DNA from: Schizochytrium sp. TIO01
Taxonomy: Eukaryota > Protista > Bigyra: Labyrinthulomycetes
Direction of reading: 5' to 3'
NCBI GenBank assembly: GCA_004764695.1
Contig: SMSO01000034.1
Coordinates: 744,001-808,000, forward strand
Length of the DNA: 64,000 nucleotides
In this document: in pieces, positions 45,296 through 57,882 of the stretch
How positions within the stretch are numbered: position 1 is the stretch's first letter
Layout: every line of letters begins with the position of its first letter
Made by a program: the position numbers and the translations under genes
The notes under the pieces: model-generated
Databases searched by the model: none
What the model was told of the DNA's origin: nothing
What the model saw: only the letters and a program-made list of their open reading frames with translations

Positions 45296-46831
45296 TTAAG
45301 CCCGGCAGATAACAATCCCAATGTTGTCTGCTGATCTTCTCTCTGCCCACCGTTTCAAAGCAATGTCCCTCAATAAAACTGCCATATCCTCGGAGGTGTA
45401 ATGAAGATTTCTAAAAAGCAGGTCCGCTACTTCCTCGTCTTCCACCATATCCCTGTTATTGACAAGAACAAAACATATATTTGAAATTGTATTTGGTATT
45501 CACAACTTCATGTTAGTACTACTCCTTGTTCCTACCATTGATTCAAAAGAATGGACAAAACCATGCCCAACGAACGCCTTGAGGGGAACATTGACTTACC
45601 ATAATCCATCAGAGGCTGCCACATAGATTGATCCTACCTCAAACTTTGCATGAGATATGGAGGGCTCATGTGTGCACCCGGCCTCCTTTGCAACCGCATC
45701 CCCAAGAGAGCGTGTCAACATAAGCCCTGGTCCAGGGGCCATGAAACCCATGCTTTTAGATTTTTCATCACTCAGCCAAACTCGCAGAGGGGGGTTCTCT
45801 TTCATTCTGTTTTGGGAGGCATCAATCAAAGCACGCGCAGACGGGCGTATTACCCCACCAATAAGCTCAATGCGTGCGCGTTCGTCAGGGTCTTCAGGAC
45901 GGTGATCATGGCTTACTCGACGTGTTGTCGCAAAGTTTATGTTTGGCCTGACAAGAAGGCCTCGTGAATCTCCGACATTTGCAACATGTATTCGTCCATG
46001 AGAGATTATTGCCAAAGTAGCAGTTGTTCCACTCATTTTGCTTCGGAATCCAATGTCTTCGTTGCTTATTAATTCTTGCTCGCATTTTGAAAATAGGCTC
46101 ACAAGCAATGCAGCCCAAGTTTCATCATTTTCACGTGGGTCCACTCGTAAGATCATCTCTTTTGCATTCGTGCGTAACCAGTCCATAGTGAATTCGGCTA
46201 TTAGTTTACCATATTGACCATGGCCATCCAGACAGCAAACAAAGTAGGTATCCTGAATACCACCGTAGTGACTTTCAACATAGACAACATCTTGATTCTC
46301 TTTCTTTATTGGTGGGTCTCCGCTGCCGATATGAGTGATGCAAGCTAGCTCATACATGGCTATTCGCCCACTTGTAAGTTCTGGCCTTTCATCATCTTCT
46401 GAATAATCGTCTTTGATAGTTTCATCTTCTATACTGAGGTTGTCCACTATTTCAGAGCTGTTATTGTTTGACTCTGAGCGTTTACGTTCACTCGATTTCG
46501 ATGATACGATATCACCATCTGCATCTGCAATGGGTTGCTGGTTGCTTGAAGATGGAGATACATGCACTGGCGCAGTCAAAGTGGATGTGGCTTCAGCTGC
46601 ATCAAATGCCTTTGTATACGAGCCGTCCGATTTGGTAGTAAGTGGTGAAGCTACATGTTTATTTGATGATATTGAGGTTTTGGCTGTGTTATCCAATTGG
46701 CGCTCAACATCTTCATCACTACTTTCTGCATTGTGTAACTTAGACTGACCATAACCGGGAATAGACTCCTCCGGGAGAGTCTGCGCTCTCCGCGGGCTCG
46801 TGCTGCTTGCGGTGGATGCTGAACAGCCCAT
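45296..46831 (-). CDS. PP2C/PPM-family phosphatase, N-myristoylated/palmitoylated; two exons (46831-45600, 45452-45296), 462 aa
   Basis: MGCSAS start, then ENQD, LDGHG, SGTTAT, ANVGDSR, DHRPE and TRSLGD. SDGL-W is split by an intron. Exon 2 gives WDMVEDEEVADLL...KRWAERRSADNIGIVICRA*, restoring the DGLWD and DNI metal ligands. Confidence 0.93.
45453..45599 (-). other. 147-nt GT-AG intron in PP2C gene
   Basis: TG|GTAAGT donor and AATAACAG|G acceptor. Splicing restores the frame and the conserved motifs. Confidence 0.9.
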
Positions 46832-47908
46832 TGCCCACTATATCCTTGAATCTATATATTTAAAAAAAAAGGGCAAGTTTGAGGCCCTTTTGCAATACAA
46901 GCTTCGGTTTGTGGCAGTATTTGTATGTTTGGAAAGAGTTCGCAACCAATCGTCGAGAATCAAGGATGTGTGTGTAAGACTGAACGAAAGAAGGGTGAGG
47001 GTTTGCATTGGCAGAGTGTACTCGTGAAGGAGGTGTCCCAGAGGGTGCAGCTGCTCCAAAGTCTCCACCACTTGGGATATGCACCCATCAGGGTCAGTCA
47101 GGCGATACTGAGGCAATTGACATTGGACACTGGCATTTATTTACACAATAATAAGATAGCAGAAACATAAATAACGGACAAATTTGGCATTACTTTATTT
47201 TTATTTATAACATTTAAAAAAGAGTGATTTATTAGGACTTTAGTATTGAAATATATGTACAACAATATATATATATATACATACAATCATACTTTCTTTA
47301 TTGAGTTTAGTGATTTTCTCTAAAGGAGAAAAAGAAAATGTATGAGATCATGTAAGTCCAACGTTTGAGTGTGTGGTGGTAGTAGAAATGAAATATTTTA
47401 TAGAGCAAACATTAATTGTTGTGAAATCTCAATAGCCCATGAAAAGTATTTATCGCATCAGCTTGAAATCTATAATTTGCATTTTGTAATTAACAAACCT
47501 TTAACTCTCCAAAGCAAAAGTTGAACTTGAGTTTCCTATGATACCTCACATAACAATAAGTGTGAAATCAGTTTCAGCTATATTGCTAGTTTTGTAAAGA
47601 AAGTAGTCCTCAATGTTGTGAAAATGAATAAATACGTATTTTTCTTTGTTGAAGCAAACTCAGGAAGGCGAGATGATTCCTGGGTTATAATCTATATCAA
47701 ACCCAGGATCACACTCCATACCAACAGAAATATTTGAGACACCTCATTCATGATCAAATCTACTATCCAAATGACCCAGGGACGCAACTATTCTCACTAT
47801 ATTGACAGACTAACATCCTCATTCAAATCTTGTAAATCACACTGAGGATAACGTAGACAATTAACCCTTGGTGATGCGGGATGATTACGAGTAAAGTTTT
47901 TCACTTAT

Positions 47909-49024
47909 TCAATATTGACGATGCCATGTAGTTTGAGGTTGGTGACGAGAACTTTCTGGTTTAGCAGAGGTGCTCGGGCCATGCTTGCGCCAAGGTTGAT
48001 CATCATCAACTTGAGGAGGGGAGATTCGGAAATCCATTCCCTTATATCTAGTAGAGGTCCACCAGTCTTCACTTGATGATGGCTTCGATTTACTATTTGA
48101 GGACTTATATTCAGGCCTAGCTTGAGGCATCTCGTCGTAAACAACACGCTCTCCTTCAACAAAATAATCAGCTTTGGGATCTAAGCGAAGTGAAATTTCC
48201 ATTTGACGCTCAAGTTTATGCATGCGTGATAACGGGACTGCAGCTGCCCTCTCTACCAACTGAAATGGATCAAGGAACTCTCGAATTGCACAACGTAGAG
48301 TCTCAAGACGATAGAACTCTGCTTCTTTGTAGAGACGCATAATCAGTTGATCTGCAGCTGGGTCAGCTGATTGCGGAAGAGCACCGTCACGTAAAAATGC
48401 GATGATGTGCCTAAACAAGACCCAATCACGATCAATAATATAACATCCTCGGTCGTCAGGTTTGATGGGGCTATCTGGGCCTACAAGCGCTGCTAGCAAA
48501 GACCCTGGATCACGTTTAAGAACTCGTTCGGTTGTCTCAAACAATTGCCCTCCTACGTTGATGCGAACGCGGCGCAAATCACTAGTCGGAAGCATCGTAC
48601 TCTGGAACCAAGATGAGCGACGGGCCGATGCAAAGCGTCGCTTGTCTTCATCCAAATCACTTCTCTCCACATTCAGTTTTTTCCACTCATCTTCAAGAAC
48701 AAGCTTTCGTCGCGCAAGTTTACGGAACTCACGGCGTGTATCTTTGATTTTCTCCTCAAGGTCCTGCCGCTCCAAAAGTAAACGTTGACTTACTCTCTCT
48801 AGGCTTACCCGAGGATCTGGAGAACCTTCGTTTTTTCCTGATGGCCCCGAGCCAGTGGTGGATTTACTTCGCTGGTACAAGATGTCAAGAGCAGCCTCCA
48901 AATTATCTTCATGAGCATCTTCAGTGTATGCTGCATTCCAAGAAACTCTATCTCCGGCCCTTCGTAGTGCCTTGGCGTCGTGGGCATAGTTGCCTGTTAG
49001 AGATGCTGGGTCTCGCCGCCACAT
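47909..49024 (-). CDS. KCTD-type BTB/POZ (T1 tetramerisation) domain protein with N-terminal coiled coil
   Basis: VRINVGGQLFETT...L...PGSLLA...YIIDRDWVLFRHIIAFLRDG...LYKEAEFYRL. Confidence 0.92.
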   Translation of the reverse strand: MWRRDPASLTGNYAHDAKALRRAGDRVSWNAAYTEDAHEDNLEAALDILYQRSKSTTGSGPSGKNEGSPDPRVSLERVSQRLLLERQDLEEKIKDTRREFRKLARRKLVLEDEWKKLNVERSDLDEDKRRFASARRSSWFQSTMLPTSDLRRVRINVGGQLFETTERVLKRDPGSLLAALVGPDSPIKPDDRGCYIIDRDWVLFRHIIAFLRDGALPQSADPAADQLIMRLYKEAEFYRLETLRCAIREFLDPFQLVERAAAVPLSRMHKLERQMEISLRLDPKADYFVEGERVVYDEMPQARPEYKSSNSKSKPSSSEDWWTSTRYKGMDFRISPPQVDDDQPWRKHGPSTSAKPESSRHQPQTTWHRQY

Positions 49025-50722
49025 TATTTGGGAGCTCCTCTTTCAAACAGAAAGCAAAACGAAAGCCCTTTGCTTTATGTGTTTACGCAAGAAAAGGTAC
49101 CGCCCACGTATGGGTTCCAGACTACGTCTAGGCGCTACGTTGAAACAGAATTGTCAACCTAATCGTCTGTGCGACAGCATCTCGTGTTTTTTTTTTTGCT
49201 ACAACTTCTTGGAAACAGGGGGGAAAAGAATTTTAAAACCTGGGTTCTTACCATCCTTCTTTGAATTCACATAGTAATTTCTCCCTTTGCTGCGAAACAA
49301 CTACAGAGATCATAATAAATGTCACAGCAACAATTTCCATTTCTTCTCTTACTGTAGGCGTCTATAATTACCGGTTAGAGCGTTTTTCATTTTTTAAAAC
49401 CGTTGCAAAACGTATGAATGCGGCGCAGTCAAGCGCCGTTCTATTATTCTGTATCATTTTAGTTTCAATATTAAAATAAAACGTTTTCTCATTTTAATAA
49501 AATAGTACAACTTGAAAAAAATTAAATTCATAGGCCTACGCTGCTTGTACGAACATAGGTACCATTAGCAATAGTTCACAAAGAAAATAAAATATAAAAA
49601 TCAACATACAGTAGTACCTACTACTGAATAAGACTCATTTTTGTGCCGCGGTAAAACACAATAGAGAGAATGGAGAGACTGGTAACCATACCTACTACCA
49701 TGGTGATCTGTGATAAATATGTATTCGGATATTTACAGCCACAATGATACAGCTGATACAAAGTAAGGCACTTGCATCGCTGGAGCGAATTACGTGTTTA
49801 TTGTATAAAAGTATAAAACAACAACTCATTACCTATTGGCACCACTTGTGCTTTTTGTAAAGCGAAAGCACTGCAGGCATGAGACATTACTTGGTGCACG
49901 ATACAAACATTCTAGTTACTGATGTCTGCAAGATGGTTTTGCGCATGATGCTGACTACTGATTCGCCCAATACAAAGCTATACTGAATTGCCTCTGACAA
50001 GGGCGAAGCTTCGGCTCTGCAAGAGGAATGCAGAGGTAAGTAAGCTATATTTAACGAGGTGCTTACTAGTATAACAGGATATATTCAACCCCTGTATGTG
50101 AAGATCGAACTGATGAAATATGAGAGAGACGAGAGGTTTAGCATCATTTTTGTATTCCTCTGCTAAAGCGAAGACATTCTCTGGAACGCGATGGGACTTT
50201 TCTTCCCTCATGGTAGTATCTTCTAAAGAACTCCTTCGAAGTTCCTATACATAGGATTAAACTATGTAGTTCTATGGGAAACAAAGAATAAGTCGAAAAG
50301 TCCCATCTTGCTTGTTTGAACAAAACGCATCCGATTTTGAGCGGATTGCCGCACCGGAGTAGCAAAGGGCAAAGACACTGCAGCAGACCCGCAACGCGAA
50401 GATATCAAACAATACAACTCACCCTCTTGCATACGCAGCCAGCAATCGTGTGCCAGACAGGCACCTAGGTGTGTTGGTCAGTAGTGAAGTCGTGAGGAAT
50501 CCAGCAGGGCAAGACTAGGTCGACTGCCACGATCTATACTGCACTCTGTTAACCTTTCAAGTAGGTTCTGTCTTCCCTTGATAGACAACCGCTTTGTCTG
50601 TATCCGAGCCCTCCCAAAAGACAACTGAGATATTGGCCCTAGGCCAGGCGGAGTTCGAGCCTGTGTTCGCGGAGTAGTTAAGAGAACCAGTAAGATAAAT
50701 AGACCACCAAATCGATAGCCCT

Positions 50723-52195
50723 ATGACTCAGACTGAGTCAAAGAAGATGGACCTTGTCTATATGAGTGGATTTGGCAACACATTTGAGTCTGAAGCTTTG
50801 GAAGGAGCTTTGCCTGCGGGACAAAATAATCCTCAACAATGTCCTTACGGGCTTTATGCGGAACAGCTAAGCGGCACCGCCTTCACGAGGCCGCGACATG
50901 AGAACCTTCGTACATGGTTGTACCGCATCCATCCTAGTGTACAGCACTCTAAAATGATGCCTAGCGCGAAGGGAGGGATTGGCCTAAGTAGCTCAGAAAA
51001 GAACCGTGATTACCACTTTGACCCAAACCAAATGAGGTGGCAACCACGCGAAGTCCCCAAGGCCACCGATGACATAGTTACCTTCTTGGATGGAATTCAG
51101 ACGGTGGGCAAGTCTGGCGATCCTGCTCAAAAGCATGGGCTAGCCATCCATAATTACGTGGCAAATACAAGTATGCAGCGAGAAACACTCACCAATGCTG
51201 ATGGTGATATGCTTATTGTTCCACAGCTCGGTGCACTTGTAGTGCAAACTGAATTTGGTGTCATGAGAGTAGAGCCCAATGAGATTTGCGTGGTTCAGCG
51301 AGGCATGCGGTTTCTAGTCAAAGTCGAGCAGGATGAGAACCGAGGTTACATCTTGGAGATCTATTCGGGTCATTTTCGCTTGCCCGACCTTGGTCCCATT
51401 GGTGCCAATGGACTTGCCAACCCTTGGGACTTCCAGACCCCTGTGGCGCACTACGAGGAAGACGAGAATACTGATTGGGTTGGGTTTACCAAATTTGGTG
51501 GTCGCATGTTTGAAATGTCACAGCGCTTTTCTCCTTTCAATGTGGTGGCCTACCGTGGCAACTATGTCCCTTACAAATATGATCTCCGCAAGTTCAATTG
51601 CATGAACTCTGTTACTTATGATCACCCTGATCCAAGTATCTATACGGTACTGACTTGCCCCTCGAGCGAGCCTGGTACTGCAGTTGCAGACTTTGTCATT
51701 TTCCCTCCTCGCTGGATGGCCATGGAACACACCTTTCGCCCACCTTGGTTCCATCGCAACACGATGACTGAATACATGGGCATGATTTGGGGCGAATATG
51801 ACGCCAAGAAAGGTGGTTTTGTCGCGGGTGGCGCTTCGCTGCATTCTTGTATGTCTCCTCATGGACCAGACGCTGCCACTTTCGAGCGATTTTCTGATCC
51901 ATCAAAGGTAGATACGACAAAGCCGGAGTTTTTCGATCGCGGGTTAGCTTTCATGTTTGAAACAACTTTCATGCTTGAGCTCTCGAACGAAGCAAGGTTT
52001 TCTTCTAATCGAGAGCTCACGTATCAAAATTGCTGGTCCAGCATGCCTAAAACATTTGATCCCAAGCTACTCTCACCTGCTAAGCATCCTGAATTCAAAC
52101 AGGGCCACCTCCTCGCATGGAAAAAGTCTAGCCTTGCTAACAAGGATGCTGACCATGAAAACAGTTCATCTCCTAAACGCCAGAAACGGGCTTGA
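50723..52195 (+). CDS. HGD: Homogentisate 1,2-dioxygenase
   Basis: YMSGFGN, GQNNPQQCPYGLYAEQLSGTAFT, WLYRIHPSV, LPDLGPIGANGLANP, DHPDPSIYTVLT and DFVIFPPRW. Fe ligands lie in PPWFHRNTMTEYMG and PHGPD. Confidence 0.98.
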   Translation: MTQTESKKMDLVYMSGFGNTFESEALEGALPAGQNNPQQCPYGLYAEQLSGTAFTRPRHENLRTWLYRIHPSVQHSKMMPSAKGGIGLSSSEKNRDYHFDPNQMRWQPREVPKATDDIVTFLDGIQTVGKSGDPAQKHGLAIHNYVANTSMQRETLTNADGDMLIVPQLGALVVQTEFGVMRVEPNEICVVQRGMRFLVKVEQDENRGYILEIYSGHFRLPDLGPIGANGLANPWDFQTPVAHYEEDENTDWVGFTKFGGRMFEMSQRFSPFNVVAYRGNYVPYKYDLRKFNCMNSVTYDHPDPSIYTVLTCPSSEPGTAVADFVIFPPRWMAMEHTFRPPWFHRNTMTEYMGMIWGEYDAKKGGFVAGGASLHSCMSPHGPDAATFERFSDPSKVDTTKPEFFDRGLAFMFETTFMLELSNEARFSSNRELTYQNCWSSMPKTFDPKLLSPAKHPEFKQGHLLAWKKSSLANKDADHENSSSPKRQKRA

Positions 52196-55055
52196 TGAGC
52201 GCTCATATTTCTTCCTGTGCTTTCTCTAGAACTATTTGATCTCACCAAATCTGAAAATATCGCTTAGTTCTTCACCATCATAACTTATTAGTAATATTTC
52301 TTATAAGTCAAACACCCTTTTTCTCAAAGCAGCTTAGAAGGCCAGTGCGAGATTAATTAGAGTAGTAAGGTCTAAAATTTAGAGTTGAAACGAAAGACTC
52401 CCAAGAGCTAATAAATGATTCTCTTTGAATAGGTTCTTAAGTAATCTTCAAGTCCACATTCTAAGGAAACATTCTTATCATGGTTCAAAATATGGATGAA
52501 AGCAAGGTGTATATAGAAGTCTAAAACTTAGCTGGGCTCAACAATAAGATTTGCCCTTTATATTGTGAAACAAACCAAACAAACACCATCATATAGGCCT
52601 ATAATTTCGGACGGTGTCTCAAGACTCGTTTCAGTGAATTCTCTGGTTTGCATGTTTGAGATAGTTCTGAAACATGGCGTATGCCTTTTTGCAACACCTG
52701 TGCATATATGTGAAATTACAAAAGTTAAATTTGGTCGAGATTGTACCACACCGCCACACCGTCAAACTATGTTTCCTTATCATTTGACAAACCGTTCTGA
52801 GAGAATCAGTGCGGCATTTTCGCTGATATAAATATGTTTGAGGCTTTTTTTCAAATGCCAATAAGGGGAGACAAGAATGTAAAAAGTAAGATGAGGTTCT
52901 CAGCTCAGGAATGACCACATCTACTAGTTTCTTTAAAACCATGACCAATTCTTGTTTAGAAAAAAATTCTATTTGATGAAATAAAGATCGAGTAATATCT
53001 GTAACTCAAACTAATAGCCTGATAGCTCCTTCTCTGACAGGAACACCTAGGTCGAATAGTTAAAGTGGTCGTCACAGAGACCTTCAATGCATTTCCTTTC
53101 CAATGGTAGAAGACAAGTTGAGAGTGCCTGGTACGAAGGTAAAGTAATTCTTGGTACGCGCCACTTCTATCCGGGATGTTTCAGAAAATTGATGAATGTA
53201 AGTTATTTTATGGGTCATATTCGGAACTTTCAACTACCATACCTTTACCCATAACCCCTCCGAAAAGGTAGACTGAATCAAACTCTGCAGCTACTCAACG
53301 TTTAAAAGGCTAAGATGGAGAACTCAAATATACATCAAGGTGCTTCTATTTATCTTAATATTTTGACTGCACACATCCGACCGATGATCAGTAGCGCACG
53401 AAAACTCAATAGGTGCTGCCAGATAGGGCTTATTTTTAACTTGAGACCTCACATGCAATTGCTTCAATTTAAGCTTCAAAAGTATTCCGCAACTCGACCA
53501 GTTGGTGGCACTGCACTGGGGCGCAGAAAATTGATACACGCCAGATGCATCTTCTGACTCTCCTTCGTATTCTGTACGTATCCGTTTCCGTACACGAGTC
53601 CCCCAAAACGCTGGAGTAGGTCTCAAGTTCTGTTTCTTGTCTCTATTTGCTCGATGCATAAGTAGGTACCTAGTACCTACTATCCCCTCATGAACTAAAG
53701 GCTACTCTGATCAATCGATCCTATTTTAAAACCACTTCGTTGGTACCAATAGTGTTGATGTTCTCTTCCTCGTTGTCAAGGTGTGCTGCTGCTGGAAATT
53801 TTAGGGCGCACGCACATGGATTGTAGATCTAAATTAGGCCGAGCTCACACTATGTACGTAGAAGTACCTACCTAGGTGCTGTACATAAACTTGTTAATGC
53901 CACCTCATATCAAGTGCTGCTTCTGTATGTGCTAATGAGTTGAAGGTGATAAATTGTGGTGCCAGATCGCAAGCCACTGCAAGAGGCATTGAGTACTTTC
54001 TTTAACTTGAGTTTCCTCCTCCGAGTTGAACACTGTGATTAGTGAGAGTGGCGGGAGGTTCCGTAGATTACCGATAGTTTCACGTATTACTCGAGCGTTT
54101 ACAGGGAGCGAAGAGATTTTGTTCATTGATCGGCGAGCTGGAAGGAAGATAAGAAAGAAGGACTTGCGGTAAACTAGCAAACGAGCAGATTATGCAAGCA
54201 AGCAAGCAAGCGAGCGAGCAAAGCGTTTTGTAAGCATGTGCAATTACTACGCAGGTGTACACTACCTATTTCAACCCGTGAAAGTGCTTTGCTTAAGAAC
54301 TGTTAATGCACTTATATTAGTGATGGAGATCCTAGGAAGTAAAAAGAATAAGTTATCTTAGCATAAACATAAAGTGGTAGGCGGGAGCACATAGACAAAA
54401 CTAATAAAAATATCAAAGTATGATTAATGATTTATTAAATAAATAGAAGTAACATTTTAAAATTTACACTACATTAATTGTTACCATTGATAGTAGGTAG
54501 GGGCTATTTCGAATTTAGCATTAAGAGTGATATAAGTGGTTGTAGTCATAATCGAAGGTAATCTGTGTGGGTACTTCTCTTTCTGCAAGCTTCACCAAAA
54601 TCACAAGCATAACTCAAATTGAGGCGGGCACAGGCACAAACATCAATCAAGGCGAGGCTGAAGCAAGCCGCAACGGGAAGGCTTAGAGAGTATCAGGTAA
54701 CTGCGGCAGTGTGACCGCCTTGTTGAAGACAGGGCAGGCGGCAAAACATCCTTCACTATCAGGCACGTGCAAGAAAAGCCATCCTAAAGGAACGTGGGAA
54801 GGCTGCAGAGCAGGGATAGTCTGCCAGTTCTTCTAGGGTTGCAAAAAGTCGCGTACTCCCTCCAAAGCCTTTAGATTTTTCACTGCAGATTCTGTATTAG
54901 TTTGGTTCCTGTCGGTGAAACATCAACAAATTGAATTAGTTGTTTGTGGCTTATTGCAACTCTTAGTTGGCGTGTGTGTAACTATTGTTGTCAGTTCAAA
55001 CTCTACTATCTCGTTTGCACTCTTCAGGATACGTGGTCTTGGAGTATTGACTTAG

Positions 55056-55214
55056 GTAAGAGGAAGTGAGTCCGGGAGAGTAGAAGATCTGGTGACAGTA
55101 AGAAACGTACTACATCTCGCTGGCTCAATTCACCTTTGACATTCTACATATATTTTTTCCAACTATTCGAGGCTTTCTTCAATCAAGCTTCCCTTACTGA
55201 TTTTATCTGTGCAG
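55056..55214 (+). other. Probable 5'-UTR intron of PH-domain gene
   Basis: AG|GTAAGA donor, TACTGAT branch-like site near 55195, and TGTGCAG acceptor. Confidence 0.5.
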
Positions 55215-55267
55215 AATAGCTCCCTGTTGTTGTGAAGTACTAAGGCTATAACCTTTTACGTGCGCGT

Positions 55268-56368
55268 ATGAACAGCGTCGTGTTTGAGAGAGACGCGAGA
55301 GAGAGCAGTGAAGAAGGGTACGCTCAGAGTTGTTGCGCTGCACTTTTTCGAACCAAACTTCTGCGGACTTGTGCAAAAGCTGACCCTATCCGGAACTCTC
55401 AATCATACGTAGCAAGCCCGGGTAAAGCGTGGTCCTTCTCTGATCAACGCGGAAGCAAAGCGTGGCCACAATCAGGTATCATGGCCATGTCTAAGGCCGA
55501 TAAGCTTCTGGGACTAGATCAAGGCGCTGAGGAGCACCGGATTCTCGTTCAAAAGGAAGGGCCGCTCGCGCGGCAAGATTTAAACGCGCGTGTTAAAACC
55601 TGGAAACGTACCCATGCTGTAGTAAAGGAATCATTTTTGCTCTTCTACAGAAGCAAAAATGAAACTGCTGGACCATGGGATTCCAAGCCATCATGTGTCG
55701 TGCCTTTAAATGGAGCCACAGTAAGTATCGACCTTAATGATAAACGTTTCATCTCTGTCACAAATGTAGACTGCGGAGCCAACTTTCGTGTGAAGGCCGA
55801 AAACCCAGGTGAAGCGATGGACTGGCTGGTTGCTTTCAAGCAAGCTAAACGAGCTACCCTAGAGAACGCTATGCTTGGAGCTGCTTTGATTGAGAAGTTG
55901 CAGTCAGAAGGTAGCCAACTTGAAGCTGAGAAACAAAAAGCCTTCGAGGAGCTCCAAGAGAAAGCTGCTAGATTAGATAGGGAACAACAACAGCGGGATG
56001 CAGCACGCGCGAGAGATCAGAAGCGGGCCGATGCCATACGTAACAAATTAGCCACTGAGCGCTCCAAAGTTTCGGAACTTGAGAGCACATATAGCGATGT
56101 GCAAGGTCGTCTAACAGTTCAAGAAAGTCATCGTCGCGAAGCTGCTGCTAAACGTTTATCTCTTGAGCGCAAACTCGCCAAGGCTGAGGAAGCCTTAGAA
56201 AAGCTCGAAGCCGCTATGATTGTTCGTCAGGGTACTGAGCGGCAAACATCGTTTAAACGTGAAGATACAGAAATGAGAGCCAGTGTCTCTGCTCTCCGCC
56301 TTTTCTTCGAAGCGCGTGCAAAAGAACAAGCGATCCGAGCAAGGGCGCTTTACGAACGTATGGTGTAA
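55268..56368 (+). CDS. PH domain plus coiled-coil protein, PLEKHD1-like
   Basis: PH motifs KEGPL...WKRTHAVVKESFLLFY...KPSCVVPLNG...AENPGEAMDWL, followed by T-x-x-NAMLGAALIEKLQSEGSQLEAEKQ, which resembles (from memory) the PLEKHD1 post-PH segment. A long coiled coil follows. Confidence 0.85.
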   Translation: MNSVVFERDARESSEEGYAQSCCAALFRTKLLRTCAKADPIRNSQSYVASPGKAWSFSDQRGSKAWPQSGIMAMSKADKLLGLDQGAEEHRILVQKEGPLARQDLNARVKTWKRTHAVVKESFLLFYRSKNETAGPWDSKPSCVVPLNGATVSIDLNDKRFISVTNVDCGANFRVKAENPGEAMDWLVAFKQAKRATLENAMLGAALIEKLQSEGSQLEAEKQKAFEELQEKAARLDREQQQRDAARARDQKRADAIRNKLATERSKVSELESTYSDVQGRLTVQESHRREAAAKRLSLERKLAKAEEALEKLEAAMIVRQGTERQTSFKREDTEMRASVSALRLFFEARAKEQAIRARALYERMV

Positions 56369-57882
56369 TACTGGTACATTTACTGTTGTTGCATTGATAT
56401 ACTGTCCCATTTTGGGTCTGCGTTTCACCTGAATAACTCAGTCCAGCTCATACGCTTCTGTTACGGAATTCACTGTCAAATTAAGTATCCATTTCTCCCT
56501 TTTGACAGCGCGATTGCGTAGACTGTAAGTCTGTCACACTTTGCGGAATGGCAATTTGAGTGTTGTACCTACCTGCTCATATACTTATTGCTTAGTGTTG
56601 TGGATAATGCTCTGAAGCTTCGAACTACCTTCCATTGCTATGTTAATTTTTTTGTCTTCTGTTCTGACTATTAAATGACTCCAACTATATTTTTGTTTAG
56701 ATGCACATGAGGAAACTACTTCAAAGGTGAAGGGAAGATCCCAGAAGAGCTGCTATAAGAGAGTAATCTTCATATTTGTTTTTTGTTTGTATTAATTACT
56801 TCAATGTCTCCTCCCGCATAGTACAGTTGTTCCATGATGTATCGAAAATTACCTGGATGTTCAATTTGCAAATGCGGTAGAGATCTTTTATAGTTGCCAG
56901 CTCTCGGTTTTCTAATACAATAGGATACTTTAACAAAAGAAAAAAAAATTAGTACAGATGCGTGAAGCTAGTTCATGTTTTTCGCGGGAAGAATACAAAT
57001 ATTACGTTATACTTCACTCATTGTGAGGGGGATTACGATTCTATACGTATGCAAACTCTCTTCCTTCCGAAGGGTAGTCACATTGGCGAAATGAATAAAC
57101 AGATTTTAGCATTCTCAAATGATCTTCTGACTTTCTTCACTGCGAGAATCATTAATCGTTACATACGCTGAAGGCGAGTATAATATATCGTTTTAAATAA
57201 TTCTTCAATATGTGCATCGTCTGGGAAGTGGAAAGGAGCCAATGATTGACCGAGGGAGAGGAGAGATTGAAGCTCGTGGAATTTGTAGAAAATAGTTTCA
57301 ATAAATACTCGCATCCGGTGTACGCAGTATAAGTACCCGTGTCCTAATTTGCTGGATTTTAAAAAATGCCCACGTGCCGAATGCAAGGTAGTAAGTAGGC
57401 TTTCAAACTTCCTTAGGAAAACTAAACTTAGCAATGATGATCTTCTGAAGTCTACCATAGGTATTGTTAATGCACAACAAGTTTATTCAAGCATTCATCA
57501 TGATCTCAAGACGTCACATAGGCCAGAACACAAAGAAAGATTTGTGAGGGAGTATTTCTGCCATGATTACTGGGCACTAGGTATAAAACTAGGCGGCTAG
57601 CCTAACCACCCTCACGAGTTCCTCTACTATCATTAGAGTTATTGGTAATTGTACCCCTATTGAGGTTGTTCAGAAGAGGCTTAGATAAAGGAGGAGGAGA
57701 AGCCATTCATCTCTTGCATGAAAACCCTCGCAACACTAAGAAAGCAAGAGCATAGTGCTAGAATTTGCAAAGGTGAAGCACCTCTAAGGGACATTCTTGC
57801 CAAGTGCTCATTTACACCAGATTGGGGCATTGTTTGAAGAAGAGTCCAACTAGTATTCGAGTAGAGCCTCTTGTTGCGCAAC

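Noticed and set aside
50723-52195. Aromatic-catabolism cluster linking HGD with the HCCA-isomerase-like gene
   Set aside because: The genes are 50 kb apart with unrelated genes between them, and no other Tyr-pathway genes are in the window.
57159-57458. 99-aa minus-strand ORF between the PH gene and TK
   Set aside because: No motif support. It could be a decayed gene, but this cannot be shown without a search.
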